This document shows positions 37,873 to 52,589 of a stretch of DNA of 64,000 bases, in pieces. The position numbers were made by a program, and so were the translations under genes. The number at the start of each line of letters is the position of its first letter. Within the stretch, counting starts at the first letter, position 1. Source of the DNA: Camelus dromedarius (Eukaryota). The stretch lies in contig NC_087437.1 of NCBI RefSeq assembly GCF_036321535.1, positions 33,234,001 through 33,298,000 on the forward strand, given 5' to 3'. Below the pieces are notes generated by a model. It was not told where the DNA came from. It worked only from the letters and a program-made list of their open reading frames with translations, and ran no database searches.

Positions 37873-40800
37873 TATTCTTTTCCATTATAGGTTATTATAT
37901 CTATATATTCTCACTTCATTTTTGTTATACATAAGACAATAGGTGTAAGAGTAATTATTTTACCATTACCTACCATGTTCTTTGCACATATCTAAATTTA
38001 ATATTACTTAATGACACCTAATATAAAGGGAATATTGCTTCATTAATTAAGTATTAGTAGTTATTTTTAAGTTACCTGTAAAATAGATGATCTGTCCTCC
38101 AATTCAGGAGCATATGTTGGTAATAAAAATTCCTAAGATTTTCTGATAGTTTAATATCAGTATTGGCGAGCACTATGCATGGGAAGGAAATCACTGAAAC
38201 ACATTCCAGGGAAGGAGAAATCCACATAAAGAGGGCTTGTTTTAAACTAACGACTTTAATTATTGAAGTAAGGATGATTTTTTTTTGATAGTTTCATTGT
38301 ATCAGGCAGTTTCTTGGAAAGAATTCATGGGGTGGTGTGAGAGTCGGAATTCTCTGAGCTTAATAACGCAAATGAAAATTTACGTAGTGTCTTTCTTGCT
38401 TTTGTGTAAGGGCTGAAAGTCTGCAGATCTTCATAAGGTATGTCTAATAACATGTTAATCACTCACATATTGTCAGTTTTGGAATACAGACCTTGAGTGA
38501 AAGGGCCTTCATAAATTATACATGTCTGACAAATAGGTGATATATTTTTCAAATCACATAAGCTTTTCAGAATCAAGTCTGCTCTGTGGAGATAATTAAA
38601 GAAAATCAATGTGTGTTGGTTGATAGATATTTGACTTGAAAACTCATTCTCCACGCTGCCTCAGACAGTGGGGCGCCTGAGCTTCAAGACCACTGTTCTC
38701 TGAAGACTGCATGAGGAGGCAGGGTGGAGACTTGAGTGTGCTAGGTGTAGTCCTCGGTACCCCACATGCCGGGCTCTCGCCTCCTTCCTGGCCTTGACCC
38801 TAACTCCCCCTAGAGCTCAGGGCAATTGACTTGACCTCCTATCTCTTCCCTGAGTGAGAAAGTATGACTCCGTGTTTTAGTCTCCCTGGGACCGCGGGAA
38901 GCTTAATTCATCAATGTTGGTAAAGTGCTAGGGAGATGAGAAGTGCTGTGTCCATTCTCAGCAACATTATTGATTCAGTTTTTTCCTTGTGGCTAATATA
39001 AAAATCTCCACCTATCAGATAATGGCTCAGCATTGCATAAACAGCCAAGAATTGCTGGCAGAAGACATGTGGCCTGTGTTTTCCCCTAGGAAACTTGTTG
39101 TCTGTAAAATGCCTTCAGTTTCTCTGAAAAGACATTATTACTTGATTTAAACTGATTATATTGTTACTATATTTTCATTTGCCTATCAGAGTATTTTCCT
39201 TCTGTTTGTTTGTTTTGTTTTGCTTTTCAGTAACTGTTGGTGATAAAGTTGAACCCAGCAAATGCTTTATACTGTAGAAGGTCTGGATTGGGAAAAATTT
39301 TGCTTATCCATTTTGGATAATCCTGTTTGTCGAATAATAGGGGGATACATACACACATGTATGTGTGTATACATATGTATATACATATATGGTGTGTGTC
39401 TGTGTATATATACATAGAAATTTGAAATGCTAATTTGCATTATGCATAATGTGTAATCCTGTTGATTAAATAACAAGATGTATGTTTATTTATACGCATA
39501 ATACATATGTAGAGGTACATATATATTATGCTAATATGCTTATATATGTCTGTATTATTCTACTAAAATAACGTAACATGATAAGTAACTACTAATTATG
39601 ATTTTCGCTAATTCAGCATTCCTGAAAAGATGTTAGGAATTACAATCCTGAAATTACTTTCCACAAGCATTTTAAAAGCATATGAGGAATCTAGACCAGT
39701 TATTATCATTATAATTAAAACAAACTGAAATGGCATGATATAGCTGGATCATCTAGCTTGGCTCATCTAGCTCATCAAACTTGGTTCTGGATCACTTTTC
39801 CGTGCTTCCGAATTCCAGACACAACCTCCCAAGATGGAAGATTCAACACCATCAGTTGCTGGAAAAGAGAACATGCAGTGGGCTGTGAAGATTGCATTGA
39901 AGGTAAAGACTTCTTTGGGTGTATAGGGTCTACCTTGTTTGTTTTAAAAAAATTCTGTTTCTAATGGTATTACGATCGTGTCTTCTAAAAAGTCCTTATC
40001 TTTCCATGATGCATACTGGAAAAAGAAATCAGTTTCATTATCTTATGATCACACTATTTGTGTGTAGCTTAGCCATGAAAATAGACAGTCTCTGTAAACA
40101 CTACCAAGATTTTAAGAATTTGCTTGTTTCATTTGTCATTTATCAGTTCTTTTCCTACATCATTTATGGGATGCTTGGTGTGTACTAGATGCCATGAAAC
40201 AGATTAAAGAGAAGATAGTCCTTACTCTTGAGGAAGTTGTGATCTGGTTAGGTCAAAGAAAACATTCTGGAAACAAGAGATTACGTAGATTTTTATGGAC
40301 AGAGGCTGGTAGGTGTCCCCCACCATATATTCTCCCCTTCTTCCTTAGTAACAGAATTCCAGTTTTTAGCTGGGTACATGGACACCAGAGTAAAGATACA
40401 TCTCTTAGCCTCTCTTGCAGGTAAACTGTGGCCAATGCCAAGTGTGATGGATCCTGTGTAAGAGGAATTGTTCTGTGGCAGCTTCTGGAACTTCCCATAT
40501 GTCTCCTTTGGCCCTTCTTTTTCACATTTTCTTTCTCACTGGGTGTAGATGTAACTGCTGGAGCTCCTGTGACCATGCTGGACCACACAGATGAGAGCCT
40601 CGCCTAGGAATGATGGAGTAGAGTCTGGGAGGGGCTGGGGACCCTGTATCCATGGGATGCAACTGCCATACTGTCCTGGGCAGCTACCCCTGGGCTTCTC
40701 TGTGAAAGCTAAATAAACTGCCATCTGTCTATTATTTTCGGTGTCTGATACTTCTGGACAAATATAATCCTGACAGGCACTTCCTACAAAGTGTGCATTT

Positions 40801-41151
40801 TAAGTGTGAGAGGGGGCAGTGTTCAGGATGGGGAATTGCCATGAGGGAAGAATATGCTATCCTGGCATGACTCTTCTCTTACTTGCTCATTATTTCTTCT
40901 ATCTCACTGTTTCCTGAACATAATACTTATCTTTGCTCATGCTTTTCCTTCTGCAATGCGTTCTCTACATACCTTCCTTCCCATCTAGTTAATTATATAA
41001 TTATATTAAATTATATAATCTACATTAGCACTTAAAACAGTTAATTAAACTATGTAAACATACAGTACATTTAGCTGCTATCCTTATTGTTAGTACTGGC
41101 CAGCTCAAATCTGGCCTCTGTTCTGAAACCTCTCTCAGGACTCCCCCTCTT

Positions 41152-41368
41152 AGTTCAGGATTTGCAGATGCAAACTATTGTATGTAAAATAGGTGAACAA
41201 CAAGGTCCTACTGTATAGCACAGGGAATTATATTCAATACCTTGTAAAGGCCTAGAAAAAGAATATGAAAAGGAATGTATATATTTAATATATACGTTTA
41301 AGTGAGTCACTATGCTGTACACCAGAAATTAACACATTCTAAATCGACTATACTTCAGTTAAAAAAAG
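41152..41368 (+). mobile_element. 5'-truncated L1 3' end
   Basis: Same L1 terminus with A-tail; degenerate TSD (ctcccc[c]tct). Confidence 0.75.
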
Positions 41369-43109
41369 GCTCCCCTCTGCTTTCCTCAGGAACAACTGTC
41401 CCCTCAGTACCCTAATCCCAGGCACTAAGCAGTACTCAGGGAACTGTACTGTTTGGGGAAAGTTGCTGGCTAGTTATTTGTGTAGCTACTGCTCAAGAGG
41501 AATGGAGAGGCAGGAGGAAGGTGGCCCTCCAGCATTCCTTCTGCTTTGCCTCTGGCTGCTGCTTTGCCATTGTGTCCCCTCCCCCTCCCCAGGCCACCGT
41601 TTCTATGGCCACTTCTGTGTTCCATAGCAACACAGCTTCAGGTCTGCTTTAGCTTTGCCAACATGAATTCTAATGTCTACTTTTTGTGGGGTCAGGGACA
41701 TGGTGGCAAATGGATCAGAGTGTGGGGCTGGGTGCAGGCAAGCTGTGCTTGCAAGACTACCCCACCTCCTTTTTTGATAACTATAGGACCTGTGTTATAC
41801 GACTAACGATGTTGTGCTGTTCTTTGATTTCCAGGTGTTTCTGCTCAGATGGGATTGCTCTGCCAACATGATGGATGTGTGGGGCTACGTCTCAGACACA
41901 CCTGTGCTCAGCTGTACTCAGGTGTCCTTCTGGCACTTTCCTCCCTCCAGCCTGTCCTGTTGCTATCCCATGGGCTGAGGGCACAGTCATGCAGGTGTCT
42001 GTGCAGCTGACCATGGATGGCACAAGCAGGCATTATTCTGGTGTCTGGTCTGGGCTCATTACAGAGACTTATTACTTGGTCTTTGGCACACACACACACA
42101 CGTGGTCGTTAGAAAAAGAAACTGGTGCTGTCAGATTTGAGGTGTTTAGTCATTGAAAAAGAAGGGCTGATTTCGGGGATCGTTTCCACAGTCCTTCCCC
42201 GTTTCTTGGCTTTGTCTCTGTTTAGGGAACTGAGTGAAGACGTTTGTCCAGCTTCATCCTGTTGGTGCTTACATACCTTTGTTGGCTGGATTTTTGTACC
42301 ACGTTCCACAGCCGTATGTTCCCGAGGCTAGCTTACATGGAGTGATATTTCATTGTAATTGCCTATTTCATTGAGGCTCTTTTACTCTTACCCAATTTAC
42401 CCAGTAGGGCAAATTCTAACTTCTTTATTCAAAAGGATAAAAGGTGATGACGGTATGGCCCTTCATCTAAGCCTGTCCACCCATGATTCCCAAAGATCAA
42501 GGTTCCCCATTTGAATATTAGCTATTTTTTTATTAAAAAACTTTTTTTTAAAATAAAGAGGTTGTGAATATTGAGCTCTAATATTTCTTTCAGTGTTGTT
42601 GTTTTTAAGTCTACATTGAGAGTTAATGGCATATTTTAAATATAATAATAATAGTCCAGGCATCCAAGATGAAAAGCAGTGTAACTTGTGTTTAGTAAAA
42701 AAAAAACACCAATTGAAAAGGAGAATTAAAAGTGTTTCTTTAATTGTTAAAGTAGAACACATCCTTAAATCCATGGCATACAGTGGACTGCCTAATAGCT
42801 TAAATATAAACTAAGGATTTCTGACGTTTTCTTATGTCAGTGTGTAGGGTTTTTTGTTTGTTTGTTTGTTTGTTTGTTTTAACTCAGATTAAGTAGGATT
42901 TCCAGGTGTCTGCAGCAAGTCCGCCTTCCAAATACTGGGAGAAATGCTCTCGAGTTCCGTTGCTTACATCTTACATTCCGTTGCTTTGTACAGGAGTAAT
43001 TTCATGATTTTCAAACAGCTCTACTGTTTCGTCTCAGGACAGAGTGTACACAGAGAATCTTCCTCTTATTTATTGAAATACAGAAGGTTAGAGAAACTAA
43101 GCATTGCAG

Positions 43110-43270
43110 TTTGCTGAGCGGACGCCCCTCCCCACGTGGCTGGAACCAGGCGGTGCCGCAGCCTCGTGGACTGTGCGCCGCGCAAAGCATTGTGGGAGCG
43201 ACGGAGGCCGCAGCCCCGGGCGTCGCGCCGCGCTGCTCCGACCAGCAGGAATGCCCCGAAATCCGGTGAC
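43110..43270. promoter_or_regulatory. Orphan CpG-rich patch with E-box and ZNF143-like motif
   Basis: 21 CpGs hand-counted in 43119-43265 within an otherwise CpG-depleted window; CACGTG at 43133-43138; GCATTGTGGGA (reverse complement TCCCACAATGC) at 43187-43197. Confidence 0.55.
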
Positions 43271-46200
43271 TTCTGCTGCCTTGGAAGGAGTTCAAGTCCT
43301 TAGGACCTCCCGTGTACTTACTTCTCTGGAATGCATAACCCAGGATGGAAAGGCAGGTGATTTGCGTTTCTATTCAGAAATGTGGAGCCGTCTCCAAGCA
43401 GATGTGGTGTTGGGGTCAGGTGCGGAGTGAATATAGTATTCTTAGGACCATTCTTTGTTGGAATTAGAAACCCCCCAAACTGCAGTGCAATTTGGAGAGC
43501 AAGGCTCGAAGCTGCCCGGGTTAGTTTCGCCTGCACAGGATATAACTGCTGAATATGACTGCGTTTGCACTGCCCGCACACGTCTTTAATGAGGCCCGAA
43601 ACCGAAAAGTTGAGAGGAAGTCTGGGAAAGGGCAGAAAGGCTGTCAGTTTTTTATTAGAAAGCCAGGGGGCTGAGGCTCATGTATGCAGCTGCCATCTGC
43701 TTGTCTTACTGCCTCAAAATCCGGGACCTGGGGACAGGAGGTAACCCGTACCGTGTTGGCCGGTACCGAAGACAAACACTGGTCAGCTGCTTTCTCAGAG
43801 AATTGAAAACAGGTATTCTGGTCAGTATTCTCCGCACCCCGGCAAGGGAGTTGTTATCTCTGGTTTACAGGCCGGCTATCTTTGTGTGTGTGTGTGTGTG
43901 TGTGTATATGACGTTAGAAAATGGCTAAAAAATGGCCTTTTCACTGTAATTTGCTTTTTCTCCATCCACCTCCCTGGTAGGTACAACAGAACTTGAAAAA
44001 TGGCAGCTGTACGATGGCATGTGGCCCAGAGTCTTATTTTATTTGGCTTGAAGAGGATTTAACATTTTTGGAGGGGATTAGTTCCTAGTTAGTAAGTGGA
44101 AGAGTTCACATAAAAATGATTTCTCCCTTCCCCTGAAAAGTCAGTGTTTGATGACAGCCGGCCAGGTCTGGGCAGTGGCTGCCTCCCTTAGCTGAGGCAT
44201 CTGCTCCCCAGTTCGCTATGGCCCACATTTGTCCAGGCTGTTCATTATCTTCTGGGCCCTAGAAGGCATTTGAGTTTGAGTCCCTTGATGTAGCCTTCCT
44301 CCCAGCTCACACATTAGTGTCCCCAGTGCTGCACCTGCTGTCTGGGAAGCTCCTTCAGTGAGCCTGTCCTACTTTCCCCACCTGTACTGATCCTGTGCAG
44401 CAGCCTTCTGTTCTCTTTCTGGGGAAGAGCTCTTTGCTTTATTGCTGTGTAGACCTTGTCACAGGTGAAGGAGCTGGGAATTCAAGTGCTGACCCCATGT
44501 AACTATTAGGGATTCATTGGCAGATCCCAGCCTACTGGGTGCAGGTGCTGGTTCTGATTGCTGTGGCACATAGTTCTGGTCCTGTAGTCCTTTACTTGGT
44601 CCCTAAACTCCCCAGAGTTCTGCTTCACTTATCAGGGACAGAGAAGTGTGTTTTTTTTCCAATCCTTTTTGGAGAATTATGGGGCTTCCCCACAATAAAA
44701 GTTATAATAGTAACAATTATATACATATATATGCTTTCTTATAAATCCTTCCTTTATACTCGACTGTGACCTGCTAAAGGGGGGATTATTATTGCCCCTG
44801 TTTTGCAGATAAACCCCAGAGAAGGCTCAGAGCACCTGCCCCATATCTTAGCTACTCAGCCCAATAGGGTCTCAGGAGCCCATGTTTTTTGTTTTCTTTT
44901 GTTTTTTATCTGCACAGTGCAGGGCCACAATTTTAAGCTTGATGTTTCTATATGTATATAAATGTCTATAGTCACAGCTTAGTACACAGAAACATCAGGG
45001 TTACTACTCACATTCACCCTATTGCTGAATAGGCCATTAAGGGAACTCCGGGAGGAAAAATCTCTAATACTATTTAAATTAATTTACTTTCTAGTACTAT
45101 TTAAATTATTCAATTTAAACTTTCTGCACCCTGAACGATTAAATATCAAAGATAAATATATTTTTAGTAACAGAAAAAAAGTCTTAGCATTTCTAAATAT
45201 TCAGAAATTTGCAAGCCCACTATCACCCGTTTTACCATATCTGCGTACTATTCTTAAAAGTTTTAAATTTAAATTGACACATGTTAAAAATATCAATTTA
45301 AATTTGAATTAAAAAATTTAAAGAATATGTAGTCATATCTTTAATAATAAAAATGAGTTTGATATGCTAGATACATTTAAAATGTCCAAGAAAATAATAT
45401 ATGACTACTAATTTCATTTTAAAGTTTGTCTATGTATTAGTTAAGATTATGGCACATTTGCCACCCTTTGGGAAACTCTGCTTCTGGTGAAAAAACCGAG
45501 TAAATTGCAGGTCTTTGTATTTGCAGGAAGCATCGGCAAGTTTCCTTGGCTCAGTGTTGGAAATGTATAATACATAATAAAACAGACATGGAGCAGAATC
45601 ATTGGGGGACTTGGCAACATCTGTGCAGTCATCACAATCTGTTGGTTCTTCCTAGGATTTTATGTGGTGATGGGCAAAGCTAGTACTTTGATGGATATGG
45701 GATGTGCTGGGCACATATGATGACACATGTCCTTATGGGGAGCCTGCCCCAAAGGCTGGTGAGCTGCATTCTTCACCTTGCTTTGTGGAGAATCTAAGTT
45801 CATCCCTGGATAATAATCTACATCTCTAAGAGCTCACAAGAGGAATTGTCATATGACTATTTAATTTCTCTAATCCAGGGTGTTAACTTGATTGGTTTAA
45901 GAGATGGTGGGAAAATATTCTTCCTGTCTTGAGTATTGAGTTTAAATGCACTTCAGAGTTGTAGCACTAATTCATTTATTTTGTATACATAGACTTTGAG
46001 CTTTTTGAGCTCAATTAAGCAAATTTATGCACATCATAAGCTATTTATTATTTTGAACAAAAGGTCCTGATCTTTTTTCAAATAGATTTCAAGTACTGAA
46101 GAAAAAGTGAGAAAATTTTTATGTATTTATTTAAAAATATCTGAACACTAAAAGCAATACTAAAATCAACAGTAATTCTTGTAGTTAATGTGCTAGAAAT

Positions 46201-49200
46201 TCACAATGCCTGGATCTCACAGTCTCCTGAGGCATTGACTTTATTGAGTTATCTATGTGGTTCATATTGGTTGTGGAAGGTGGAGCCATCTTAAAAGATA
46301 CAGATCCAGGAGAATAAGAGTTTCGGAAATGCTCTCTGGGCTACTTGGAGAGGAGACTCTGATAGCTCAGACTGTGGTATATATTAGCTTTGCCCTTTGA
46401 AGGCTAACAAAACAATCACGGTATACATTTCTTAATAGTTTTTGAACAGCTTATATTCTTATTTAAATATGTTATTCATTATAATAGCCATTGTGGTCTT
46501 CCAAAAATAATTCATAATTTGTAATCTGGAAGTCATTATTCTCTTTAACCATATGCATTCCGTCCACGATAGCTCTCAGAGGATATGCTGCACATATAAA
46601 TACCAGGCTGCACACAGGGCTTTGATTAATGGACCACGGAGGGCTATTTTTATGGAGAGTTTAAATGCTTATTGCTGTTATTCCTAAATTTTATTAATAG
46701 TAATAGCCTACACATATCCAGCATGTGTGTGACATTTTACTGTTCTACAGAGTGCCATTGTATACCTCATCTCATTTGTTGCTCACAACAATCCTGGGAG
46801 AGAAGTGGGATGTTTTCAGGTGTTGACACTGAAGTCCTTTGCTTGCACTAAAGTCCTGGTAATGCGTGGAAAGAAAAAGATGCTACAGAAACACAAGCAT
46901 TCTTTTTACTCTATTTTTGACCAATGTCATAGCAAGCGTTCAGATTGGCTTTGGACATATCAGTCTCCAGGGAGAAACCCTATCTCATTTCTTCCCCCTG
47001 GTTGAAGGAAGAAAAGAGCAAAGTACATGAATATTGTTTTGGAGGAAAAGCTACAAGATTAAGGGAGAAAGTTACCTTCCACTTGACAGCAATTAGCAAC
47101 AAACCTTTGGGTTCCTTGTTAAATACTTATGTTCATCCTCCTTGTTTAAAAACACTTTTCTGTACCCTTCTTGTACCATTCATGGTGAAATCTGGAGAAT
47201 CAGTGGAGAGATTGTCAGAGAAAACAAACTATTTTGTTATTATAGTCAATAGTGGTTAAATCTGGACTTATGTACTATTTATCAAATATTTTGGGCTTTC
47301 CTATTTTACCAACAGCAGCATGGGGACTCAGAGACAACAAGCTGCATGATATATTGATAGCTAGGCTGGAAAAGTGAACCCAGGACTGGAATCCTGGAAC
47401 CTGTGTGTGGGGAAGTATTTAAATAATTTATCATAATGATTATTTCTGTAGAATACAACTCAAGAATTAAATGCTAATTTTATTTGACTTACATAAAGGG
47501 GAATTATTACTGCAGTTACTTTTAAAGAGCTCCCTGGGTTTGCTGGGAGTATCTGAATTAACAGTAAATTGAGTGCCATTACTTATTAATGGGGTCCACC
47601 TGATTTATTGGTGGTCTGTCTGGCAATTAGCCATTCTGCATAGTGTCTTCTGTTTGGCCATTACTTTTTCACTATTGAGTGCACGCTCAGGGATGAGCAC
47701 CTTGAACCAGTAGGGAAATCTGCCTGTCAACCTAATAGGACCTTGCATCATCTTAATGGTGAATTATGATCTGTCTTGAAGGATATTTGGATACACTTAA
47801 TATCTTTTGGATGATAACCATTGGAGGCATAAATGAAAGTACATGTTGTCATTGAACCGCTAAAAATCTTTACTCAGTCACTGGATAGCCATTATGTTAT
47901 ATGAATCTCTTTGGATATTTCTTTTATTTTTTAAAATTATGCAGTTGCTTTTAGCTTCTGTGGCACTTATAGAGTGAATTATTGTGAGTGAACTTAGCAC
48001 AACGAGTTATGGTCAACAGTATTTATTTGCAAGAGTCACTTTGGGGTGCCTAATTTGTCCTCAGGAGAAATATTTTTTGCTCAGCCTGCAAAATGTTGTA
48101 ATAAAAATTGGTGATTGATGTTGATTATAAGATTAAATGGCTGGGCCACAGTGGCCAACATCATAAATCAAAGCAGCCCAAAGTTGTGATTGGCCACTAG
48201 AGAAGGTTCTAAGTGGGAGTTTTTTTTTTTTTAATTAATCAATGTATTTCAAGTCTTTATGGTATTGACTCCTAAAGTTTATCGAAACTGTATTTAAAAT
48301 ATCATCTTACAGTGTTTTTGATAAGTTCCTAATACAATTTGGTTTTGCTTATCTAAGCATGCAGTAGTGGAAGAAAATACATGAAAATTCTCTTCTTAGC
48401 AGGAAAGCTGTTTAAGAATTGGTGGGAATGCTAAACCCAAATTAATTGCCTGAGTCTTTGGTTGAAGAGTTTTGTATTTGGTTGCTCAGAATTAATTTCT
48501 CCTTCATAACAAATTCCTTGGGGGATGGACCCCTGCCCTATTGTCTAGTCTGATGCCATCCTTCACTGTCCGAGGGCTAGGCCCTGATTGGACATAGACC
48601 TGTTCTGAAATTTGTCTCTTGAGTAGAAGGACAAACATTGGAAAAGTTTGGAGTCCCTTAGTTCCGGTATTATCAGAATCTTCTGGTGACTCCCACTTTC
48701 TGGCATTCAAAGTGACAATTTTTTTCCAAGTCTGTTTCTTCTTTGACAATTCTGGGAGCTCCATGATAGTGTCCCTGTAAATCTCTGTTTAACTAAACCA
48801 GAACTGGCTTCTCTTGCATGAAACAAAGAAACTTCACTATATAAATTGGGCATCTGTGAACCCGCAGGAAACAGGATTTCTGATTGGGACTGTGAATATT
48901 TATTCATTTATTCACCAAATGTTTATTGAGTACCTAGTATGTATTAGGCACTCTTCTCGACGCTTAGGAGACAGCAATGAATAAATGAAAAATTTATGCT
49001 TTCTTGAAATTTTCATTCTAATGAAGGGAGATAGACAATAAGCTAAATAAGTTAAAATATGCATCTGTGTTATATGTAAATATTATGTTATAGTGATAAA
49101 TGCTATGCATATGTAAAATATTTCTCTTATTGTTTCCTTGTTAAAGTTCCTTGAATCAGATAAACCTGTTCAGATGTGGATGATGGTCTGGGATGACCTG

Positions 49201-52199
49201 GACTGAGGCTCTGTCACTCTTTTGTACTTTGCTCCAACACATTTCTGCATAGCTCTCAAGGTGGTTTCAGTTGGGGTCTGGGCCAAGGCAGAGGAAATTT
49301 CCAGCTGAGTGAGGATGAGTGTCTGCTGAAAGCAGAGAGCTGGAGAAAGGGTGACTTGGGATAAATATGGAAGTGGCAGGAGTCGAGGAAGGGCTGTAGT
49401 CTTGAGGGAGAAATTCTTCTTTCTTGGGCTCTGCCTGGGCGAGGCACTGAGATTGACTCAAGAAGGCTAGACTAGGACTTGGGCAGATGGCTTGGAGCAA
49501 GGATGCAAACTGATTTGTTGTGGGAGGGGGAGTCCAGGTTGGAGATGTAGGGAAGCATCATAGGACTGTGTAAGACAGAACAGGGTAGCAGCTCTCAGAA
49601 CCTCTCAGGACTGGTCCAGGTTCCTGCCACTATTAACCAAGAGGATCCCACAAGGGATGAAAACCCACAAAAGATATCAAATTCCACTGAGAGGAATGAG
49701 GGAATCAGGGGAGTGTTTGTCTTCCTGCCAAGAATGCACCCTAGTGAAGGGAGGGTACTTTGACCTGATATCTGTGCTTGAGGTCAAAGTGAAGAGGCTT
49801 GGAAAGTGGTGATGTACGTGAGCTTATGAAAGAAGAGGAAAAGCAGGGAGAAAGTGGTTATACTAAGGTGGGAGGAACCAAAATCAGGAAAGCAGAAGAT
49901 GGGATAGAAGAGACAGATGAGACCGGAGACTCCTGATGGGTGTGCTGGTCACCCACACAGGGGAGCTGGAAGTTGAGGGGATGAACACATGTCAACAAAG
50001 TGGAGTCCTTAGCTTTGCCAGCGAGCTATCACTGGCCTGGAATGAAAAAGTTGTGGTATTTGGTAATTTCCTATTAATTGGGAGGCAGGAACAGAGCAGG
50101 CTGAACAAATACCTGACAGGTTCAATTGGGAAACAGATACACCAGATTGTTTTCTGAAAAATACTCACCCACTTCTGATAATTTTTTTCTGGGGACAAAT
50201 GGCACATATAGAAGAGAACCTAGAAATGCCTTTAGGGTTTATGAAAACTTGGGCATTCAACTTAAGTTTGTGATACATTGTTCTGGTTATCTGTTGCAGT
50301 ATAGCAAGCCACACGAAAACTTAGTGGTTTAAATAGCAATTTATTATTATCTACCGTTATGGACTCAACTTGATTCTTGCTTGCAGTCAGACTGTGGTTG
50401 GGGCTGTAGCCATCTGAAGGTTCAGTTGGTCTCGAGGATCTATTTTCAAAATGACTTCTTCCCTCAAACATCTAGCATATGTGCTGGGATGTGTGGAACA
50501 GCTCGAGGCTGGCCAGACATTGGTCTCTTTCCACATAGTCTCTGCGTGGTTATCTTGGGCTTCCTTACAGATGAGGCTCTCAGTATAGTTGGACTTCTTA
50601 CATAGTGGCTGGTTTTTCTCAGAGAAGATGTTCCTCCAGAGCAAGTAGGAAACTCTGAGCCTTCTTATGACCTAGCCTCAGGAGACTCACAGCATTACTT
50701 CTACCACATTCTGTTGGTTACACGAGACCAGCCCAAATTCACTTTGGGAATGAACTATACAAGAAGGTGAAGAGGCACGATTCATTGTGTGCATGCATGC
50801 ATGTGTGTATGTATGCACACGTGCCCACATGGAGTCTGCTACCGCAAGCATGATGTTTTTTCTACTTGGCATCTATTTTGACTTTGGAAGAGAGAAGATC
50901 TTTGGGTAAACTGTTGGCCTTGGGTTTCTACAATAGGATTTAAGATTCCTTAATGGTAGGCTTTTGCAGAAGTATTAGGGTCACCACTCAAATGAAAAGG
51001 AATCTGTTTTTCTTAGAGGTATCCCCAAGACTTTACTGGAATAGGACTCAATTTTAGGACATAGTGATGGAAAAGTAAATCACATTTATACTGTTGGGAG
51101 GGGGAGGGACAGAGACAGAGGGCTCCCTTGGCAGGGAGTTCGCGTTTCCAGCCAGGGAGGGCAACCACGATCTAACTCTGCTAAACGTGTCAAAAAGTTC
51201 AGAGACATGAAAGGCCTGGGCATTTCAATGGACTTATACCCAGGGAGGTAGAATGGCCCAAGAAATGGGAAGCTCAGAAGAATGCAGTTCTAACTGTGAA
51301 AAGGTGGTAGCAAAGGGAGCCTTGGAAGGGAGCTTCTCACGAATCTCCATTCGCCCTTTAAAAGCTCTCATAATGGGAACAATAATAAAATATTACTTAT
51401 TGATATGGATTGTAAGTATATTATTAATCTCATTTAAAGTGTGAAAGCATATTATTTAATACTACTGTTTTTTTTTATCTGTAACTATACAATATAGGTA
51501 AAAAGATATTTGCTTATTATTATCATTACCTCAAAGCAGCCCTTATTTTGGTCAGATTGCTAACATCCCTGAGCCCCTCCTACAATTCAGAGCCACCATG
51601 GTGAGTGTCCAATTGCTAATGATCTGAATGAGCAAATGGAGGGACCTAAAAAACCGTTCAGATTCTTTAAACATATTTGTGTAATAAAAGAGATAGGAGG
51701 AAAGGTATATACAAGGGTAATGGTAAGAGGGTAGTATGCATCTGTCAGAACGGTGTCATGGAAGCTAAAATCTCAAATGAGTTGGAAAGTGGAAAAATGA
51801 CAAGGACAACATGTTGTTTTAAAAGCCTTGTTCAGAGCAGATAAAAGATGATTAGCATAATGTTGATTGTTTAGCAAATAATTTGATATCCTCCATGTTT
51901 TGTTTTTTCTCTTTCTGTGCCATGAAGAATGTTCTTTGAGCGTCAGAAGGTAGACTGGACAGTGATAAAGGTTTGCAGGGGTGGAGATGGGAGGTGGTAT
52001 TACAAGAGGACTTGTGACTTTTAGAAAGTGACTGTGTTACCCTCATGGCCGTGGAAGATCTTCCCTATGAGTTTCCTGAACTGCTGCTCATAATCACTGA
52101 AGAATTATCAAAAAAGATGTCCCAAAAGACTAGAAGGGGCAAATGTATACACTTTGCCATATTCAGATTGGGGGCACTACAAGATACATGCCAGCAATC

Positions 52200-52352
52200 T
52201 TTTTATTTTTATTTTTATTGAAGTATAGTCAGTATACAATGCTGTGTCAATTTCTGGTGTACAGCACAATACATCAGTCATATAGGAACAGATGTATATT
52301 CATTTTCATATTCCTTTTTACCATAAGTTACTACAAGATATTGAATATGGTT
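52200..52352 (-). mobile_element. 5'-truncated L1 3' end
   Basis: Poly-T + attgaagtatagtcag; gcaatctt repeated on both flanks. Confidence 0.75.
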
Positions 52353-52589
52353 TGCAATCTTGATACTGTTTTCAAGCAAGACTGTGGAGTTAGTTAAGAA
52401 GTTGAGGCAAGGATCCCTAGGATGTAGCAGGAATTCATGTTAGGTTAATCTTGTTCCCTCTCTGACAGGGTCCTACAGAGAAGTCTAGTAGTCATAGTAC
52501 ACTTGGACTTCAGCAAGGCATGAGACAGTGCTCCTTCTGATAGCTTTTGTCAGTTTATATATTCTGCAAACATTTATGGATCCCTTATT

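Noticed and set aside
33397..39858. PARP/ART-like or SRA-like resemblance of the minus-strand exon chain (SGIRKHG...GPFTQGLY...MWLC)
   Set aside because: Only loose motif likeness, no catalytic signature, two stops and a weak first donor; not supportable without a profile search.
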